The notes under the pieces: model-generated
Seen by the model: the letters and a program-made list of their open reading frames with translations, nothing else
Told to the model about the DNA's origin: nothing
Databases searched by the model: none
Shown here: positions 31,305-40,496 of the stretch, in pieces
Layout: each line of letters starts with the position of its first letter
How positions within the stretch are numbered: the stretch's first letter is position 1
Program-made: the position numbers and the translations under genes
Source of the DNA: Bacteroidia bacterium
GTDB taxonomy: Bacteria > Bacteroidota > Bacteroidia > SpSt-205
Assembly (NCBI GenBank): GCA_039630245.1
Contig: JBCNVK010000003.1
Coordinates: forward strand, 88,754 to 152,753
Direction: 5' to 3'
Length of the DNA stretch: 64,000 nt

Positions 31305-31502
31305 GTGCCAGTAGGGCTGGCCGAGTTTTTACGGCAGAAAGGAATAGCGGCAGAGCAGTGGTGGGACGCTCTCCCGCCTGAGGCGCAGACCTACCATGCA
31401 GAGGCTTTTGCGGCGTTAGGGCCTGCAGCGTATGCCCAGCGGTGGGCTTTCCATTTCTCTCAGTGGCGTCGGCGCTATCCGCTTTCCACCTCGCGCACCT
31501 AA
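31305..31502 (+). CDS. Small hypothetical protein (65 aa)
   Basis: GTG 4 nt after tRNA-Leu; EFLRQKGI..AFAALGPAAY..WRRRYPL resembles, from recall, small conserved Bacteroidota proteins. Confidence 0.55.
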   Translation: MPVGLAEFLRQKGIAAEQWWDALPPEAQTYHAEAFAALGPAAYAQRWAFHFSQWRRRYPLSTSRT

Positions 31503-32671
31503 GCTGGCGCCTACTGCTGGGCCAAGGCCTGCGCCGGCAGCGGCTTATCTTCTTTCTCCACATAACGAGTATCGCCTTAGGTGCTGGCTCAGCCTTGCTT
31601 ATTCTCACGCTCTTTGATTCGTTTCAACGAGCCATCGTAGGGTACTTATACGATGCAGTAGGCGCCCTCTGGGTGCGAGCGTATGGAGAAGAGCAAGAAA
31701 GTCGGCCGCTCCCTATAGAAAAGCCCTATGTACGAGCTTTAGCGGGAAGTTCCGTGCGTGCCGAACCTGCTATCCACCTGCCCGTACTGCTTCAGGGGAA
31801 AGGCGAACGCTATGAAGGTGTGCAACTCATTTCGGTGGCTCCGAGCTGGTGGCAAGGGCGATGGGCAGAATGGGTCAGACCCCTTCCCCAGGCGTGGGTA
31901 GGCGAAGGTAAAATCGTCATCTCGCGTAAGCTAAGTCAGCGCCTCAATCTCCAATTAGGCGATAAGGCAACGGTAGTGTGGCTGGCCGACCCGCCCCGTC
32001 TGCGACGCCTAACCGTAGTAGGACTGTACGAAGCCCGCCTAGATGAAATAGACCGACAAATAGCCTTTGTACCCTTAGAGCTAGGCCAGCGCCTGTTAGG
32101 ATGGGACTCTACGCAGATTCAAATAGGGCATCTTTTTGTGCAATCCAGCCAAGACCTTGATCAGCTTGCTGAGGCCCTCAGCCAGAGAATACCCATAACG
32201 TACGAGATTACACCGCTGACAGCCATATTTCCCGATATTTTTGATTGGCTTGGGCTTATTCGGCAAAATGTTCAGCTTATTCTCCTTCTAGTGGGGGCGG
32301 TAAGCTTTTTTACGGTGGCGGCGGCTTTTTTAGTCCTTCAAATGGCCCAGCGGCTTCGCTACGAGGTGTGTGCCGCGTTAGGGGCTCGGTCTTGGCAGCT
32401 GTGGAGCCTTGCCCTCTATCAAGCCCTCTTCTCTGTAGCTATAGGGGTCGGCCTAGGCGCCGGGCTTGTATCCCTTTTTCTACTCAGCCAGCAGGTGTGG
32501 GAATGGGTGCGTTTAGACCCAGAGAACTATCTCCTCTCTACTTTGCCGGTGTATTGGAATTGGCGGGCCTATGGGTATGTGGGCGGTGGCGCTCTGGGCT
32601 TAGCCGTATTGCTTACGGCTGTGGCCTACCCCTATCGGCGCGTGGTGCGCATTTTAAGTCAGGTTGAATAA
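31442..32671 (+). CDS. LolC/LolE-like (FtsX family) ABC permease
   Basis: N-terminal TM, periplasmic domain (LNLQLGD..VVGLY), ALGA..three TMs, LDPENY motif; exact start uncertain. Confidence 0.8.
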   Translation: MGFPFLSVASALSAFHLAHLSWRLLLGQGLRRQRLIFFLHITSIALGAGSALLILTLFDSFQRAIVGYLYDAVGALWVRAYGEEQESRPLPIEKPYVRALAGSSVRAEPAIHLPVLLQGKGERYEGVQLISVAPSWWQGRWAEWVRPLPQAWVGEGKIVISRKLSQRLNLQLGDKATVVWLADPPRLRRLTVVGLYEARLDEIDRQIAFVPLELGQRLLGWDSTQIQIGHLFVQSSQDLDQLAEALSQRIPITYEITPLTAIFPDIFDWLGLIRQNVQLILLLVGAVSFFTVAAAFLVLQMAQRLRYEVCAALGARSWQLWSLALYQALFSVAIGVGLGAGLVSLFLLSQQVWEWVRLDPENYLLSTLPVYWNWRAYGYVGGGALGLAVLLTAVAYPYRRVVRILSQVE

Positions 32672-32696
32672 AGGCACGCTACCTTTGCACCCCGTC

Positions 32697-34196
32697 ATGC
32701 GCAGCCTCGCGCTCCTCCTCAGCGTAGCTTGGGGGCAGCGGGTACCTCTACCTAGCTATATCAACACCCCTCTTCATGAAAGCGCCCCTGTGCTTTCCAG
32801 TGACGGGCGCTTGCTTTTCTTTTGGCGACTTGACGACCCGCTAGGCTTTGGTGCACAGGATATTTTTTGGGCTCAGTGGGAGGACTCTTTAGGTGGTTTA
32901 GGGCCAGCCCAGCACTTAGGCGGTGCCGTAAATGATGCCCGCGGAAACATTCCGTTTGGAATTAGCCCCGATGGGCAGTTTCTTCTAGTCTATAAGGAAT
33001 TTCGCAATCCGCGCAATCCCTGTGAGTTGGGGTTTTCCCGTCGGGTTTTAGGGGATCTTTGGTCTGCCCCCGTTCAGTTGCGCATTCAAAATTTCTATAG
33101 CGAAAGCGGCTCTTCGCTAACGGCCGCTTTGGGGTGGGATGGGCGCACTCTCCTCCTTTCCATGCGCGGGAAGGAAAGCCTCGGCGGGGAAGACCTCTAC
33201 GTCAGTTTCTACGACCCGGATCAGCGGCTCTGGAGCGAACCTAAACACCTAGGGCCCGTCCTCAATACCCCTAAGGATGAAATCACGCCCTTTTTAGCCT
33301 CGGATGGGATTACGCTTTACTTTTCCAGCAATGGGCGGCCCGATTCTAAGGGCCTAGACATTTATGTGAGCCGGCGATTGGATGACAGTTGGCAGCAGTG
33401 GAGTCCGCCTCAGCGCCTCCCTGCACCGATTAACTCCGAGGCGGATGACTACTACTTCAAGTTTGCGCCCTTGCGCCCCGATGTGGCCTATTTGGTATCT
33501 AACGATTCGGCGGAGGTGTGGGGGCGTCAGATTTATCGGGTGCCTCTGCCGCCCGCTTATCAGCCACGTCCTGTAGCCCTTGTGCGCGGCAAAGTACTGG
33601 AACGCAGCCTCAAGCGCCCTATTCCCAACGCCGAAGTGCGCTACTATAACCTTGAAGAACGGCGCTTAGAAGGCACGGCGCTTTCCGCCGACTCCACTGG
33701 CGAGTACCAAATGCTCCTACCACTAGGCGGGCTTTATGGAATTGTGGTGCTCAGTCCAGGGTACTTCAGCATCAGCGAGCAGATCGATCTTCGGCAAGGT
33801 GCCTCTAAGTCCCCCATAGAAAAAGACATTCTGGTAGCCCCGATTCAAGTAGGTGAGGTTATTCGGCTAAACGGCCTGTTTTTTGCTACGGGGGATAGTA
33901 CCCTTTCTCCTGAAAGCTATGTGGAGCTTGAGCGGCTGGCCTGGCTGCTAAGCGATCGCCCAACGATGCGGATTGAGATTATCGGCCATACGGATAATGT
34001 AGGCACGCTGGAGAAGAATTTAGAACTTTCGCGTCGCCGGGCTCGGGCCGTAGCGCGCTACCTAACTGGCCGGGGTATTGCCAGCGAACGCCTGATCGTA
34101 CTGGGCAAAGGCCCCTTAGAGCCGATTGCCGATAATCGCCTCCCTGAAGGCCGCGCGCTCAACCGGCGAGTGGAATTCCGCATTATTTCCCCCTGA
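32697..34196 (+). CDS. OmpA-family protein with PD40 beta-propeller (PorE-like architecture)
   Basis: PD40 repeats (PFLASDGITLYFSS) and OmpA_C motifs IIGHTD..LSRRRA..NRRVEF; ATG 32697 lies 9 nt after TACCTTTG. Confidence 0.88.
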   Translation: MRSLALLLSVAWGQRVPLPSYINTPLHESAPVLSSDGRLLFFWRLDDPLGFGAQDIFWAQWEDSLGGLGPAQHLGGAVNDARGNIPFGISPDGQFLLVYKEFRNPRNPCELGFSRRVLGDLWSAPVQLRIQNFYSESGSSLTAALGWDGRTLLLSMRGKESLGGEDLYVSFYDPDQRLWSEPKHLGPVLNTPKDEITPFLASDGITLYFSSNGRPDSKGLDIYVSRRLDDSWQQWSPPQRLPAPINSEADDYYFKFAPLRPDVAYLVSNDSAEVWGRQIYRVPLPPAYQPRPVALVRGKVLERSLKRPIPNAEVRYYNLEERRLEGTALSADSTGEYQMLLPLGGLYGIVVLSPGYFSISEQIDLRQGASKSPIEKDILVAPIQVGEVIRLNGLFFATGDSTLSPESYVELERLAWLLSDRPTMRIEIIGHTDNVGTLEKNLELSRRRARAVARYLTGRGIASERLIVLGKGPLEPIADNRLPEGRALNRRVEFRIISP

Positions 34197-34326
34197 GCTT
34201 GGGGAATTGCGTATTGCCTTGCCTAGCCCGCCAAACTGCCCGAACCGCTTTGGGGGTCATCCTTCCTTTTTCTTAGTTGGCCCTATTTAGCCTTTAGCCT
34301 AGAAAAGCGCTAACTTTGTGGCCTCC

Positions 34327-37275
34327 ATGCTCCGACACCGTACCTTTATCCTCACCCTCCTCGGCCTATTTTTCCTGATTGTGCTCTATAACCTTTACTG
34401 GGTGATAGAGCGCTTTCGTATTGAGACGCGCTTGGGTCAGCTCTCCGCTGAAGCCCGCGCCGAATGGCTGAAAGACCCGGCTAATTACGCCCATTACCGC
34501 CGCGCCGTAGAAAATGCCTTTACCCTCGGCCTAGACCTGCAAGGCGGGATGTACGTAACCCTAGAAGTGGGCGTAGAAGACATCCTACGCGGGTTATGCG
34601 AAGTGCCCGACGATACGCTCTTCCAAAAAATTTTGACCGCTGCAGTCCAGCGCTATAGGAAAGAAGGCGGGAATTTGGTAGAGCTATTTGCTGAGGAGCA
34701 TCGGCGGCAAGGGGCCGGCACCGCCCTGGCTCAGTTCTTCGCTGGACCTAAGCTGGGTCTGAGCTATAATGCGTCCGATAATGAGGTTTTGAGCCGTCTG
34801 CGCCAAGAAGTAGAAGAGGCCGTAGAACGCACGTACAAAATTTTGCGTGTAAGGATAGATCAATTTGGCGTGGTCTCGCCGAACATTCAGCGTCAGGCTG
34901 GTACGGGACGAATCCTTTTGGAGCTGCCTGGGGTAAAAGATAACATGCGTGTGCGACGGCTCCTGCGCACCACCGCTCAATTGGAGTTTTGGCCTACTTA
35001 CACATTGAAAGAGTTTGGGCCCCTTCTTCAAAAAGCCGCTGAGAAGGTAGCGGCGCTCAAGCGTGGCGAGACCGCTGATACCACCGCCAAGGACACTGCT
35101 CAGCAAACGGCCTCCGAAGGGCTTCGGAGCCTCTTGAAGGGAAAGCCTTCTCCCCGCGATACGGGCGCTGCGCCAGGTCCTTCCCCCAGCCCTACCCAAA
35201 AGAAATCCCCAAAAGAAGAGAACCCCCTCTTTGCCGTGCTTCTGCCTGCTGTAGATCGGGGCGAAAATTCACCCGTAGTGGGCTATGCTCGGCCCAGCGA
35301 TACTGCCCAGGTAATGGCCTACCTACGCCATCCGGAGGTTCAGCTTCTTTTCCCCGAAAATTTAGCCTTCGCTTGGACCATAAAGCCTGAAACGGAAAGT
35401 TCGGATCTCCTTACGCTTGTTGCCCTGCGCCTCACGCCTAACCGTCAGGCACCTCTCACAGGCGAGGTGATTGAGGATGCGCGTCAGGACTTCAACCCGG
35501 ACGATGGCCGCCCCATGGTAACTATGCGCATGAATGCGGAAGGCGCCCGCATCTGGAAAAAGCTCACCACCGACTACTTAGGTAAGTCTATCGCCGTCGT
35601 CTTAGATGGGTATGTATATACCTACCCTGTCGTCCAGAGCGTCATAGCGCATGGAAACTCTCAAATTACGGGCAACTTTACTATAGAAGAGGCTAAGGAC
35701 TTAGCTAATGTCCTGAAAGCTGGTCGCCTTCCAGCTACGATTCGTATAGAGGCGGAAGAGATTGTAGGGCCCTCCTTAGGCGAGGATACTATCCGCCGCG
35801 GCCTTATCGCGCTTAGCCTGGCCTTCTTGTCTATCCTCCTCGTGATGTGGCTTTTCTATAGCACCGCAGGGATCGTAGCTGATGTGGCGCTCCTTCTCCT
35901 GCTCTTATTTATCGCTGGGGTCATGGCGGCCATGAATGTCGTACTAACCCTACCCGGGATAGCCGGAATTGTCCTGACCTTGGGTATGGCCGTAGATGCC
36001 AATATCCTCATCTACGAGCGCATCTTAGAGGAGCTGCGGGCGGGTAAATCCCTCAAAGGCGCCATTGAAAACGGTTTCAACAACGCGCTCTCCGCCATAG
36101 TGGACTCCAATCTCACTACGTTGCTGGCAGGGATAATCCTCTACATTTTTGGGATAGGGCCTATACGCGGCTTTGCCGTAACCCTCATAATTGGCGTCTT
36201 AGGCACCCTTCTGACGGGCGTAATCATCACTCGCCTTCTCATAGAAGGGCTTTACAATTCCAAGCGGTGGAGTTCCTACCTGCGCTTCCGTTCGGAGAAA
36301 GTGGAGCGGCTTTTTGGGCGGGTGCCTGATATCCGCTTTGATCGCCACTACCCCGTCAGCCGGTGGGTTGTACTGGGCCTGGGCGTAATAGGAGCAGCGC
36401 TCCTTTTCGGCGTAGGTATCCGCCAAGGGCTGGAATTTACCGGCGGCTACCAGTTCCAAATAGGCCTTTCTCGCCCTCCTAATTTAGACCTCTTGCGCCG
36501 TGACCTTACGGAAGCTTTTGGCGGGAATGTGCCCGTGATCAAAACTATCGGGGCCAAAAATGATGTGCTTATCAGCACAAGCTACCTCTATGATCAGCCT
36601 AATATGCAGGCGGAGGTGGAAGCGGCCCTTTTCCGGGGCCTGAATAAGCATCATGCGGACGCCAAGCCTACCCTCTTGCGTTCAGCTTTAGTTGGCCCCA
36701 CCATAGCGGAGGATATTCGCTCCAGTGCTATTACCTCGGTCATCTTCGGCATACTGGGGATTGCGCTTTACATCCTTTTGCGCTTCCGAAGCATAGCTTA
36801 TTCTATTGGCAGCGCGCTATCGCTTACGGCTACGGTGATAGTGGTTCTGGGGCTCTATGCTTTGTTTAGCCGTTTGGACATCCTACCTTTCTCGCTGGAA
36901 GCAAATCAGGACACTATTGCGGCGGCGCTTACGGTGATTGGGTATGTCATCAATGACGCAGTGGTCCTCTTTGACCGCATACGGGAGGAACGGCCTCGCC
37001 TTAGCCTAACTATGGGTACGGCGCAGCTGCATAGTCGTAGCATCAATCTCGTACTTTCCCGTACGATTCTGACGACTTTCACCTCGGCTTTGGTAGTACT
37101 TATTTTACTGCTTGTAGGCGGGGAGAATACCAAGGGGTTCGCGCTGCTTCTTCTGAGCGGGTTTATTTTGGGCATATTTGCGACGATATATGTGGCAAGC
37201 GATGTGTCGGCGCTTTTGTGGGATAGGCTGGCGCGGCGCGCAAAGGTGGTGGCTTCTCCTCCTGCTCGTCGCTGA
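34327..37275 (+). CDS. secDF: Protein translocase subunit SecDF (fused)
   Basis: LGLDLQGG, RILLELPG, GMAVDANILIYERI, GLEFTGG and GYVINDAVVLFDRIRE motifs. Confidence 0.96.
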   Translation: MLRHRTFILTLLGLFFLIVLYNLYWVIERFRIETRLGQLSAEARAEWLKDPANYAHYRRAVENAFTLGLDLQGGMYVTLEVGVEDILRGLCEVPDDTLFQKILTAAVQRYRKEGGNLVELFAEEHRRQGAGTALAQFFAGPKLGLSYNASDNEVLSRLRQEVEEAVERTYKILRVRIDQFGVVSPNIQRQAGTGRILLELPGVKDNMRVRRLLRTTAQLEFWPTYTLKEFGPLLQKAAEKVAALKRGETADTTAKDTAQQTASEGLRSLLKGKPSPRDTGAAPGPSPSPTQKKSPKEENPLFAVLLPAVDRGENSPVVGYARPSDTAQVMAYLRHPEVQLLFPENLAFAWTIKPETESSDLLTLVALRLTPNRQAPLTGEVIEDARQDFNPDDGRPMVTMRMNAEGARIWKKLTTDYLGKSIAVVLDGYVYTYPVVQSVIAHGNSQITGNFTIEEAKDLANVLKAGRLPATIRIEAEEIVGPSLGEDTIRRGLIALSLAFLSILLVMWLFYSTAGIVADVALLLLLLFIAGVMAAMNVVLTLPGIAGIVLTLGMAVDANILIYERILEELRAGKSLKGAIENGFNNALSAIVDSNLTTLLAGIILYIFGIGPIRGFAVTLIIGVLGTLLTGVIITRLLIEGLYNSKRWSSYLRFRSEKVERLFGRVPDIRFDRHYPVSRWVVLGLGVIGAALLFGVGIRQGLEFTGGYQFQIGLSRPPNLDLLRRDLTEAFGGNVPVIKTIGAKNDVLISTSYLYDQPNMQAEVEAALFRGLNKHHADAKPTLLRSALVGPTIAEDIRSSAITSVIFGILGIALYILLRFRSIAYSIGSALSLTATVIVVLGLYALFSRLDILPFSLEANQDTIAAALTVIGYVINDAVVLFDRIREERPRLSLTMGTAQLHSRSINLVLSRTILTTFTSALVVLILLLVGGENTKGFALLLLSGFILGIFATIYVASDVSALLWDRLARRAKVVASPPARR

Positions 37276-38143
37276 GCCGGTAGGTTGTCGTGAGGGCGGG
37301 GGTGTGGAAAGCCCCACTACAGGCGAAGCCACGATTGCAGCGGATATCAGCCTAAAGCCCGCTATAGAGCCGGTGCTGGAGCAGTTCCATCGAGTCTATC
37401 CGCGCGCCCATTTAAGGGTGGTTTATACCTCTGAAGAAGCGGCGGTGCAGGGCCTTTTGGCCGATAGCTTCAAAGTAGCCCTCGTCACGCGCCCCTATAG
37501 GGCCCAAGATTCGGCTGCCCTGGCTGAACAGAAGATTCGTCCCAAGCTCACGCCGATCGTGCGAGAAGGCATAGCGATAGTGGCTCACCCAGCCTGTCCA
37601 GATAGCCTCCTAATCTTAGATACCCTGCGGGCTTGGCTTTTGCGTAAAGATAGCCCTTATGGCTTCGTGATTGAAGGAGGAAGTGGCTCGGGTATCTTAC
37701 GACATCTGCGCGATTCCCTCTTAGGCGGTCAAATGCCCCAAGCTAAACTCTATCGGGCGGACTCGGCCCCGGCCGTGCTAAAGTACGTGCAGGAAAATCC
37801 GCGCTTTCTCGGCCTTATTGGAGCGGCTTGGGTATGCGACCGTGAGGCTGAAGTAACCCATAAGTTTCTAGGCCCTGCCCGGGTCGTAGCCCTCTCTGCA
37901 GAAGGAAAGAATTACTACCACCCTTACGCTGGCTATCTGGATCCACGGTTCTATCCCCTTTCCCGTCTTGTTTATGCGCTAAATAGGGAGCCCCGTATGG
38001 GTGTGGCGAGCAGTTTTGTAAGCTATCTTGCTGGTCCAGATGGTCAGCGCATCCTCCTCAAATCCGAATTACGGCCAGTAAATGCCCCTATCCGCGTGGT
38101 AGAGCTCAAGGAGCGGGCTATAGAGATAGAGCGTGGCAAGTAA
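37202..38143 (+). CDS. PstS-like substrate-binding lipoprotein
   Basis: VG-C lipobox, IAADISL, EGIAIVAH, YPLSRLVY and GQRILLKS motifs; start uncertain because it overlaps the secDF end. Confidence 0.72.
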   Translation: MCRRFCGIGWRGAQRWWLLLLLVAEPVGCREGGGVESPTTGEATIAADISLKPAIEPVLEQFHRVYPRAHLRVVYTSEEAAVQGLLADSFKVALVTRPYRAQDSAALAEQKIRPKLTPIVREGIAIVAHPACPDSLLILDTLRAWLLRKDSPYGFVIEGGSGSGILRHLRDSLLGGQMPQAKLYRADSAPAVLKYVQENPRFLGLIGAAWVCDREAEVTHKFLGPARVVALSAEGKNYYHPYAGYLDPRFYPLSRLVYALNREPRMGVASSFVSYLAGPDGQRILLKSELRPVNAPIRVVELKERAIEIERGK

Positions 38144-38154
38144 TCCTTTGTATT

Positions 38155-39282
38155 TTGTTTCAGTCTCTTGTGAAACCACCCCCTAATCTTACGCCTGAGG
38201 AAAAGCGGCTATGGGCTAAGGTAGAAACTGGCCAGCCTCTCACCGAAGCCGACGCACTTACTCTGTACGAATCCTCCAATTTGGCTTTCTTAGGCCTCTT
38301 AGCTTCAACAGTGCGAGAGCGCCTGCATGGAAAAGTAGCTTACTACAACCGCAATTTTCACATTGAGCCTACGAATATCTGTATCTACGAATGTGCGTTC
38401 TGTTCCTTTGCGCGCAAGCCAGGCGAGCCAGGCGGCTGGGAATACACGCCTGAAGAGATAGAAGCCATAGCTCAGCGCTATGTAGGCACGGGCGTTACGG
38501 AGGTGCATATCGTAGGCGGAGTCCATCCGAAACGGGGCATAGAGTATTACGCCGATATAATCCGCCGCATCAAGCGTATTCTACCCCATGTGCATGTGAA
38601 GGCTTTCACCGCTGTAGAGCTCAAGGTCATGTGTGCGCGCTCCCGGCTCAGTTATCGCGAGGGGCTTTTAGCCCTTAAGGAAGCCGGCTTAGACTCCTTA
38701 CCCGGCGGGGGAGCCGAAATATTCCATCCAGAGATTCGCCAGCAAATCTGTGCCACTAAGGCTAACGCCGAAGAGTGGCTAGAAATCCACCGTACAGCGC
38801 ACCTTTTGGGGATTCCTTCTAACGCTACCATGCTGTATGGGCATATTGAGCGGTACTTCCATCGGGTACATCACCTGGCGCTTCTCAGAAGGCTACAGGA
38901 AGAGACGGGCGGCTTCCTCTGCTTTATTCCCCTCAAATACCGCAAGGAAAATAATGCCCTCTCGCATGTGGGCGAGGTCTCTATCATAGAGGATCTCAAG
39001 AACTACGCGGTCTGTCGGCTTTTTCTCCACAATATTCCGCACTTGAAGGCATACTGGCCTATGATTGGGCGGGCGGCGGCTCAGCTCAGCCTAGCCTTTG
39101 GCGTGGATGACCTAGATGGCACTATAGACGATACTACACGCATCTACAGCATGGCGGGGGGCGAGGCGCATCCCGCCATGACTACGGCCGAGTTAGAAGC
39201 GCTTATCCGAGGGGCAGGGTATATTCCGCAGGAGCGGGACTCCCTTTATCGCCCCGTGAAGCAGCCCTTGGCTTCGGCCTAA
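38155..39282 (+). CDS. mqnE: Aminofutalosine synthase MqnE (radical SAM)
   Basis: CIYECAFC, GLDSLPGGGAEIF, NATMLYGHIE, HLKAYW and FGVDDLDGT motifs. Confidence 0.9.
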   Translation: MFQSLVKPPPNLTPEEKRLWAKVETGQPLTEADALTLYESSNLAFLGLLASTVRERLHGKVAYYNRNFHIEPTNICIYECAFCSFARKPGEPGGWEYTPEEIEAIAQRYVGTGVTEVHIVGGVHPKRGIEYYADIIRRIKRILPHVHVKAFTAVELKVMCARSRLSYREGLLALKEAGLDSLPGGGAEIFHPEIRQQICATKANAEEWLEIHRTAHLLGIPSNATMLYGHIERYFHRVHHLALLRRLQEETGGFLCFIPLKYRKENNALSHVGEVSIIEDLKNYAVCRLFLHNIPHLKAYWPMIGRAAAQLSLAFGVDDLDGTIDDTTRIYSMAGGEAHPAMTTAELEALIRGAGYIPQERDSLYRPVKQPLASA

Positions 39283-39800
39283 TGTGCCAATCGGTCTTTG
39301 TGGTTTGCTATGCGCCGCGACGACCCTTTCAGAGCAGCTTGACCTTCGCCCAGAAGTGGGAGAAAGTTCTGCAGGATATTCCGCTGCAGCTTATTGCCAG
39401 TCCCTCTGCTTTGGCGCTGCGAGGATGGAAAGGGGTATTCCGGGAAGGGCAGCCCCAAATAGTTATGGCCGTTTCAGAGATACCCTTGCACCGCTGGGTT
39501 CGCCTAGTTTTTCACAAGCAGTCGGATAATCCTCCCGAGAGCCTTCCGGCCTTCCGAAGGCCTCTCCAAGCCGCCTATCGGGCTTTTCAAAACCTTCAAT
39601 CGCAAGTTTCAACAGGGAATATGCTGCTTCTTATGCCGCCGCGGCTTACTCAGCTTTTTTTGTGTAGCCTTATGGGGTATCCAATAAAGGCCTATCGGCT
39701 CTTTACACACCTGCCTGGCCAACTGAGTTGGCTGGTGCGCCTGCCTCAGGGTAGCTTCTACCTTCGCCGCCTGGCTGCGTATGCAGATACTGCTTTTTGA
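39282..39800 (+). CDS. Hypothetical protein, possibly a degenerate histidine-phosphatase fold
   Basis: LIASP and LFLCSLMGYP..RLF recall the His-phosphatase fold, but there is no RHG motif; translationally coupled on both sides. Confidence 0.45.
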   Translation: MCQSVFVVCYAPRRPFQSSLTFAQKWEKVLQDIPLQLIASPSALALRGWKGVFREGQPQIVMAVSEIPLHRWVRLVFHKQSDNPPESLPAFRRPLQAAYRAFQNLQSQVSTGNMLLLMPPRLTQLFLCSLMGYPIKAYRLFTHLPGQLSWLVRLPQGSFYLRRLAAYADTAF

Positions 39801-40482
39801 CTTTTTGAATGCCTATCCCTATAGGAGGGCCTTAGAGAAAGCAGGTCTGAGGTATACGCTTTTGCCTACCCCTCGGGAGGTACTAAAAGCCTGGGAAGCT
39901 GGGGAAGGGGATGTAGCCCTTTTGCCCGTAGCGGCGGCAAGGGATGTGCGTTTTCTTCTGCCTTGGGGCATAGGTAGCCAAGGCCCCGTGCAAAGTGTGC
40001 TTTTAGTTAGCCATTTTCCCTTGGAGAAGTGGCGGCAGATAGAACTGGATGGAGCTTCCACCTCGGCGGCGGCCATGGTGCGCTACGCCATAAAGCAAGG
40101 GGCCCTACCTGACTTGCCTATCACGGCCGGAGAACTTTCCGAAATGCCTGGTGCACGCTTAGTAATCGGAAATGCAGCCTTGACGGCGGGGCTGCTTTAC
40201 CCCTACGTCTTAGATTTAGGCCAGCTTATGTATGAGCTTACCCACCGCACAGTAGTATTTGCGGTCTGGTGTGCGCGCCAGGCTGAAGCCCAAGTTCTAG
40301 AGGCGCATTGGCAAAATATGCCGTTTACTTCTCAGTTGCTGAAGGAGGCGGCTCAGCGTTACGGCTTCTCCTCTGCGCGTATCCAGACCTACTGGCAGGC
40401 GCTCCGCTACTTTTTGCCCCTGAGTGATATCCTTTTCTGGAAAGACCTGCTGTCAGCCTTTACTGCACCTTCCCGTCCATAG
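39781..40482 (+). CDS. mqnA: Chorismate dehydratase MqnA (futalosine pathway)
   Basis: FLNAYP, IGSQGPVQSVLL, ASTS, LVIGNAAL, DLG and VFAVW motifs; close to mqnE. Confidence 0.82.
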   Translation: MQILLFDFLNAYPYRRALEKAGLRYTLLPTPREVLKAWEAGEGDVALLPVAAARDVRFLLPWGIGSQGPVQSVLLVSHFPLEKWRQIELDGASTSAAAMVRYAIKQGALPDLPITAGELSEMPGARLVIGNAALTAGLLYPYVLDLGQLMYELTHRTVVFAVWCARQAEAQVLEAHWQNMPFTSQLLKEAAQRYGFSSARIQTYWQALRYFLPLSDILFWKDLLSAFTAPSRP

Positions 40483-40496
40483 GGTATTTTTGTACC

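Noticed and set aside
31019-31608. ORF-track ORFs spanning the tRNA-Gly/Leu pair on both strands
   Set aside because: They are read-throughs of tRNA sequence; only the part from GTG 31305 looks coding
34197-34310. Longest intergenic gap, considered as ncRNA, riboswitch or short minus-strand ORF
   Set aside because: No SRP, TPP, SAM or cobalamin core motif or convincing stem recognised; an Infernal/Rfam scan would be needed
38141-38157. Possible -7 box before mqnE (TAATCCTTTG)
   Set aside because: Does not fit TAnnTTTG spacing; not counted in the motif tally
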